Below are positions 56,897 to 64,000 of a DNA stretch of 64,000 nucleotides, in pieces (position 1 is the stretch's first letter; every line of letters begins with the position of its first letter). Position numbers and translations under genes: made by a program. This DNA is from an uncultured Gemmatimonadales bacterium (GTDB lineage: Bacteria > Gemmatimonadota > Gemmatimonadetes > Gemmatimonadales > GWC2-71-9): the NCBI GenBank assembly GCA_963723565.1, contig CAVRRH010000008.1:87590-151589 (forward strand), read 5' to 3'. The notes below the pieces were generated by a model. The model saw only the letters and a list, made by a program, of their open reading frames with translations, was not told where the DNA came from and did not search any database.

Positions 56897-56922
56897 TCCT
56901 GTCCTTCCCGCGTTTCCCGTGC
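56805..56922. repeat. Tandem 9-nt unit inverted arrays (GACGGGAAn / CTTCCCGYC) with a tight core hairpin spanning the start of the downstream gene
   Basis: Left array: GGGACGGAGAAGACGGGAAAGACGGGAAGG (56805-56834). Core stem: AAGGGCGGGAAGGTG (56849-56863) pairs with CACTTTCCCGCCCTT (56874-56888), 15 bp with 1 mismatch. Right array: CTTCCCGTC ATTCCTGTC CTTCCCGCG TTTCCCGTG (to 56922). The ATG at 56896 lies inside the element. Confidence 0.7.
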
Positions 56923-57413
56923 TACGGATTGAACTTCCCGAAATCCTGGGGGTCCATCTTCTCGAGGTAGTCCTTCAGCTTGTCCGCCTCGAGCGATGGG
57001 TTGGGGGAGGGTTCGTCAGTCTCGACGCCGCTCTGGTCCAGAAGCTGGTCGCTGGTGAAGATCGGCGCCCGCATCCGCAGTGCCAGGGCGATGCTGTCCG
57101 AGGGCCGCGCGTCCACCTGAAAAACGTGGTCCTCGCGGCGGATCAGCAGCTCCGCGAAGTAGGTGTTCTCCTTGACCGAGCTGATCACGACCCGGCGGAG
57201 GTCGCCCCCAAGCCCCACGAGAATCTGCTTGAGCAGATCGTGGGTGAGGGGGCGCTGGGCCTTCATGCCTTGCAGCTCCATCGCGATCGCGCTCGCCTCA
57301 GCCGGACCGATCCAGATCGGGAGGACTCGACTGCCGTCCTTCTCCCGCAGGATTACGACCGGCGTGTTCGTTGTTCGATCGAGGCCGAGATGTGCGACCG
57401 TCACTTCGATCAT
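56922..57413 (-). CDS. Bifunctional nuclease (BFN/DUF151) domain protein
   Basis: ORF 56922..57413(-), 163 aa: MIEVTVAHLGLDRTTNTPVVILREKDGSRVLPIWIGPAEASAIAMELQGMKAQRPLTHDLL...ENTYFAELLIRRED...VDARPSDSIALALR. Confidence 0.8.
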   Translation of the reverse strand: MIEVTVAHLGLDRTTNTPVVILREKDGSRVLPIWIGPAEASAIAMELQGMKAQRPLTHDLLKQILVGLGGDLRRVVISSVKENTYFAELLIRREDHVFQVDARPSDSIALALRMRAPIFTSDQLLDQSGVETDEPSPNPSLEADKLKDYLEKMDPQDFGKFNP

Positions 57414-57425
57414 CGGTTCATCCGC

Positions 57426-59998
<2,573 letters not shown>

Positions 59999-60119
59999 GT
60001 CGGTTAGTCTCTCTTATTGGGACGAGGGGCAGCAGGACAGGGGCGCCGGTCGTTGGTACCCCCGGAGTGCCATCCGGTGCACCAGACCATGGCCCAGCTG
60101 CCCCGCTGCCCCGCCTTGG

Positions 60120-61935
60120 CTACGCACGCTTGCCGGGGGGCAAAGTAGCCACCCGACCACGGCCAGGCAACGCCGACTGGGGATCGAGGAGACGAATATC
60201 GATGTACTCCCCGACCGCTTCCCGCAGTGCGGCGGAGACATCGGCGGCCCCAGCCGCGCTGAGCGCCGCCTCGGCAGCCCGCCGTGCCGCTTCCTCTGGA
60301 ATGCTCCGGATCACCCACTTGACCAGCGGTAGCGCAGGAGGCGACACGCTCAGGCGGTCGTAGCCGAGCCCAAGCAGGAGGACGGCGCTCAGCGGCTCCG
60401 ACGCCATCTCGCCGCAGACACTCACCGGCAATCCGGCCGCTTTGCCGACCTCCAGTACCCGGTGAAGCTGCCGTACGATGGAAGGGTCGTGGGGATTGAA
60501 CCGGTTGGCCAGCCTGGCGTTTCCCCGATCCACCGCCATGGTGTACTGGGTCAGGTCGTTGGTCCCCACGCTGAAGAACGCGCTCACCTCGGCCAGACGA
60601 TCCGCCATGAGAACCGCCGCAGGGGTCTCGATCATCACTCCGACCGGGACCGAGTCGGCGCTCTTTGTCCCCGCCTTCTTCAATGCCCTCGCCTCCTCCG
60701 CCACGATCTCGAGGGTGTCCCGCACCTCCTGAACCGTAGTCACCAAGGGGAGCATCAACTGAATGTCGTAACTCGCCGCCACGCGCAACACAGCCCGGAT
60801 CTGCGGGCGGAAGACCTCCGGTTGATCGAGGCAGACCCGAATGGAGCGCCAGCCCAGGAACGGATTGGCCTCCACCGGCGCCTTGAAGGCCGCAGGGAAC
60901 TTGTCCCCGCCCAGGTCAAACGACCGGATCACCACCGTCTGATTGGGGAATGCCCGCGCCACCCGGCGGAAGTAGTCGGCCTGCTCGTCTTCGGTCGGCA
61001 GGCTGGCACGGCCAGTGAGCAGGAACTCGGTGCGCAGCAGTCCCACACCCTGAGCGCCGTGGCGGCTCGCGGCCTCGATCTCCTCCGGAAGGTCGACGTT
61101 CCCCATCAGGACGATGGCGCGACCCGAGGGAGTGACTGCCGGCTCGCCGACAACCGCCTCGAGCTGCAGCTCGAGCTTGTGCCGGCGGCTGACCTGGATC
61201 TTGGCCTCTTCCAGCTCGTCCCGGTTGGGATCGAGTACGATGGTACCGCTCTGGCCATCGAGGAGGAGCATCGTGCCGTTGGGGATCCCGGCGAGCACGC
61301 CCGCGGCGCCCATCACCGCCGGAATACCCAATGAGTGAGCGAGAATCGCTGCGTGCGATGTGCGGGTCCCTTCCTCACTGACGAGGCCCACCACATGCTC
61401 ACGATCGAGCTGAACCGTCAGGCCGGGAGACAGCTCGTGGGCCACCACGATCACCTGCTCATCGGCGGGGATCGACCAGATCTCGCTGTCGGTGCCGCCC
61501 ATGAGGCGGTGAATCATTCGCATCTGGATGGCATGCAGGTCGGCAAGGCGCTCCCGCAGTCTGGCGGCACCGGACCAGAGCGCCCGCAGCTCCAGCGCCT
61601 TGAACTCATACGCGGTCTCTGCGCTGAGCTGGTTATTGCGGATCAGAGTCTCCACCGAGGCGAGGAAGTCCTTGTCCTGCGCCATCAAGATCTGGGCGTC
61701 GAAAATGCGTGACTCTTCGGGCCCGGCCCGTTGAAGGACGCGGTCCCCCGAATTCGCGCAGGTGGGAGACCAGGTACTCGACTGCCTCGCGGAGCCGCCG
61801 CACCTCGTTCTCGACCTGGTCGGCGCGGACGGTTCGATCGGGCACCGCGGGAAAGTCCCAGCGGATGACCAGCGCCGGACCGCAGGCGACGCCGGGCGAT
61901 ACCCCGATACCGCGAAACAGCCGGGGCACGCTCAC
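60120..61935 (-). CDS. ptsI: Phosphoenolpyruvate-protein phosphotransferase (PTS enzyme I). A single frameshift sits in a C5/G5 run at 61745-61749.
   Basis: The N-terminus LFRGIGVSPGVACGPALVI...EVRRLREAVEYLVSHLRE is in ORF 61633..61935; the body is in ORF 60120..61688 (GTRTSHAAILAHSLGIPAV...GTNDLTQY). Deleting one G from GGGGG gives ...HLREFGDRVLQRAGPEESRIFDAQILMAQDKDFL, one continuous protein. Confidence 0.9.
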
Positions 61936-62198
61936 TCTTCCCCGAAGCCGTCGGCTACGAGGGCAGCGAGTGCCTCCGCCGCCTGTTCCGCATCAGGGCC
62001 AGTGGCCCGGATGGTGATCGAGCTGCCGCACTCGGCCGCCAACATCATGACGCCCATGATACTCTTGCCGTTCACTCCCACTCCATCCTTGTAGATCTCG
62101 ATCTCGGAATCGAACGAGCTGGCCAGGCGCACGATCCGTGCGGCGGGGCGGGCATGGAGGCCCTCCATGTTCACGATAGTGGCTTCGCGCTCGATCAC
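61932..62198 (-). CDS. ptsH: Phosphocarrier protein HPr
   Basis: ORF 61932..62198(-), 88 aa: ATIVNMEGLHARPAARIVRLAS...VNGKSIMGVMMLAA. The GTG start is preceded by GGAGGG. Confidence 0.92.
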   Translation of the reverse strand: MIEREATIVNMEGLHARPAARIVRLASSFDSEIEIYKDGVGVNGKSIMGVMMLAAECGSSITIRATGPDAEQAAEALAALVADGFGEE

Positions 62199-62930
62199 AT
62201 CCCACCCTCCGTAGAACCAGGAGGAAGATCATGGCCGCGAGAGCAAAGCGGACCGTTGTCAGGAAGGGTGCGAACCACCGCGTGAGGGCGATGCCAGCCA
62301 TTACCACCCCGGCCGCCCCGATGGCGGCTGAGAAGCCGAATGGCTTCAAATACCACGCTGCGACCACAGGGATGGCAGCGCCAACCGCGAAGGCGGCGGC
62401 TGGGCCAACCCGCTCGATGGCCCTCGGAAGCCAGGAAGTCCCGATAGCTGCCCCGACGCGCATGCCCGACTCCATCCCGGTCCGAAGCGACCAATAACTG
62501 GTCCACAGGCGAATACCGTTGTAGATGAGAATGAAACCGGCGATGGCCCACCATCCCGCACCCAGCACTACACCTACCAGCGCGGCGCCCACAAGTGCCG
62601 GCACCAGTCCGGCCCAGAAGAGCTCGTCTCCCATGGCGCCAAGCGGACTGCAGAGTGCGGTGCGAAGCCGCACGATCTGAGCGACCAGGTAGCGCCTCGT
62701 ATTCCGCGCGAGCGGTGGCACCCAGCGCCAGTCCCGCCAGGTTGGGATTGCAGTTGAAGAACTCCGCCGACCGGACGACGGCTTCCCCGTGACGCACCGG
62801 GTCCACCGCCTTCAAATCCTCCAAGCAGCGGCTCGGCGGCGTACCCCATGCCCACCCCGAGCATTCGCTCATAGTTCCAGGTTCCCTGGACCGCAAAGAG
62901 CCGGAGCATAGCCCGCAGCCGTCCGGTCAC
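62195..62930 (-). pseudogene. PTS mannose-family IID component. At least 2 frame changes as sequenced.
   Basis: GTG 62930 (VTGRLRAMLRLFAVQGTWNYERMLGVGMGYAAEPLL) is in the frame of 62574..63350. It continues in 62195..62896 (AEFFNCNPNLAGLALGA) and 61993..62721 (LGAMGDELFWAGLVPALVGAALVG...WYLKPFGFSAAIGAAGVVMAG). Confidence 0.75.
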
Positions 62931-63610
62931 GCGATCCCCGCGAGGAGGACTCCCACACCCGCTCCGGCAAGGAGCCACTTGAGCCTGGCGCTGCGGCCGG
63001 AGCTGCGAAAGGCGCCGTTGACCGCAGCCGCGAGCTGCGGACCCGATCGCTACTAATGTGAGGGCCACCGCGGTTTGCCGGTCGAGATGCACCGTGTCCT
63101 TGATGGTGGAGGCGAGCACCGATGCCCAGCAGCGTGAGGATGAATCCCCGTGCCGCATCACGCAGCAGCCCACCGTACTGCAGGCGGCGGATGGCATTGC
63201 TCTCGCCTGCGGCCAGCGCTGCCGCGCGCCGCTGAATGGCCCGGGCATTCCACCGGCGGACAATCTGAAGACTCCACCCTCCGAGCACCGCCAGCACCAG
63301 GCCCAACGCCACGCTGAGGCCCAGGCTGAGCTCCCAGGGAGCACCGGCACCTAGCGCCACCGCCGCGACGGTGGCCGGCCCATAGTCAGGGTACCTCACT
63401 GCCCCGACGGGGAGCACATCCAAGGCGAACAGCTCGAAGAGCGACTCCGATTCTGAGCCCTGCCTCCACGTCACCCACGAGCCAGCCGGCCACGGTTCCG
63501 GTCACGAGAGGCCGCGAGATCATCGCCTGAGGAACGCTCACCAGATCGAGGCCGACGAGGGTGCCCCAGACCAGGAGCGGAAGAACCACGTGAGGCGAGA
63601 ACTCGTTCAT
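62927..63610 (-). pseudogene. PTS mannose-family IIC component. 3 frame changes as sequenced.
   Basis: Fragments are 63386..63610 (MNEFSPHVVLPLLVWGTLVGLDLVSVPQAMISRPLVTGTVAGWLVGD), 62869..63474 (LFELFALDVLPVGAVRYPDYGPATVAAVALG...), the frame of 62574..63350, and a final manual frame AAVNGAFRSSGRSARLKWLLAGAGVGVLLAGIA*. The TGA at 62927 overlaps the IID GTG. Confidence 0.75.
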
Positions 63611-64000
63611 CCCAGAGCCCTCAAAGCAACCGGGGCCATGGTGGGCAGATCCTGCGCCGTGATAACGGCGCCGCCGGCCTCGAGTGCCTTAAGCGTACTC
63701 AGCTCCTGATCGGTCAGATAGATGAATGGCAGGCGCTCACGACGGCCGGCCCGGTGGTGGATGCCACCCAGGTTGATTCGTTGCACCACGTCGGGGCTGG
63801 ATGCCCGGAGAGCAGCCATAGTCTCCAGATCGCCGGTTAGCACCAGACCGCGCTTCCCGTTGGACTGCCATTCGGACATCTGCCGGGCTGCGTCGGACAT
63901 CGTGACGAACCTCACCTCGATCTCGGGCGACACCGCCATTCGATAGAGCTCCTGCTCCCAATCGCTGGCTGCAACCTGGTCGTCCACGAGTATGATGAGG
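63607..64000 (-). CDS. PTS mannose/sorbose-family IIB component. The N-terminus lies beyond the window edge.
   Basis: ORF 63607..63987(-). The frame stays open upstream to nt 64000 (..LIILVDDQVAASDWEQELYRMAVSPEIEVRFVTMSDAARQM...INLGGIHH). Confidence 0.8.
   Translation of the reverse strand, partial: LIILVDDQVAASDWEQELYRMAVSPEIEVRFVTMSDAARQMSEWQSNGKRGLVLTGDLETMAALRASSPDVVQRINLGGIHHRAGRRERLPFIYLTDQELSTLKALEAGGAVITAQDLPTMAPVALRALG

Overview
High-GC bacterial chromosomal segment. It carries about 55 protein genes (almost all on the minus strand), two tRNA-Ser genes and one cobalamin riboswitch. Gene content points to an FCB-superphylum, possibly Gemmatimonadota-like, organism; this is inference only. 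The supporting genes are BshA, type III glutamine synthetase GlnN, a MoxR/DUF58/BatA-BatD aerotolerance-type operon, a T9SS-type C-terminal domain, and TonB receptors with carboxypeptidase-regulatory domains. Order along the window: bshA (edge), miaA, mutL, Bat/MoxR operon (3.6-11.4 kb), rluB-scpB-scpA-M50 protease, rpsT, a coiled-coil/zinc-ribbon protein, pyrR-pyrB-pyrC. Next come a TonB receptor locus (18.9-23 kb), tRNA-Ser, a thiolase, and a long catabolic/transport cluster (24.5-34.7 kb). That cluster holds a TolB-propeller/metallohydrolase, an APC permease, CoA-transferase A/B, two class-III aminotransferases and an aldehyde dehydrogenase. Then follow glnN, cysK, an ADP-ribosylglycohydrolase coupled to a PH-domain/zinc-ribbon membrane protein, tRNA-Ser, a YfbK-like vWA protein, tadA, clpB, selB and recO. 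The window ends with a cobalamin-riboswitch-controlled uptake locus (SBP-permease-ATPase-TonB receptor-beta-propeller, 49.6-55.7 kb), metK-ahcY-bifunctional nuclease, and a PTS operon (IIB-IIC-IID-HPr-EI). Two signals are not explained by genes. (1) A recurring family of intergenic hairpins has arms that are tandem 7-nt (one locus 9-nt) repeats. (2) Reading-frame breaks occur in blocks: many conserved genes must be spliced from 2 to more than 10 ORF fragments, while neighbouring blocks are clean. Several breaks sit in short G/C runs, so sequencing or assembly error is the leading explanation, but real pseudogenisation cannot be excluded from the sequence alone. I found no CRISPR array, transposase, integrase, prophage or recognisable defence system. 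Most long plus-strand ORFs in the track are antisense shadows typical of high-GC DNA.
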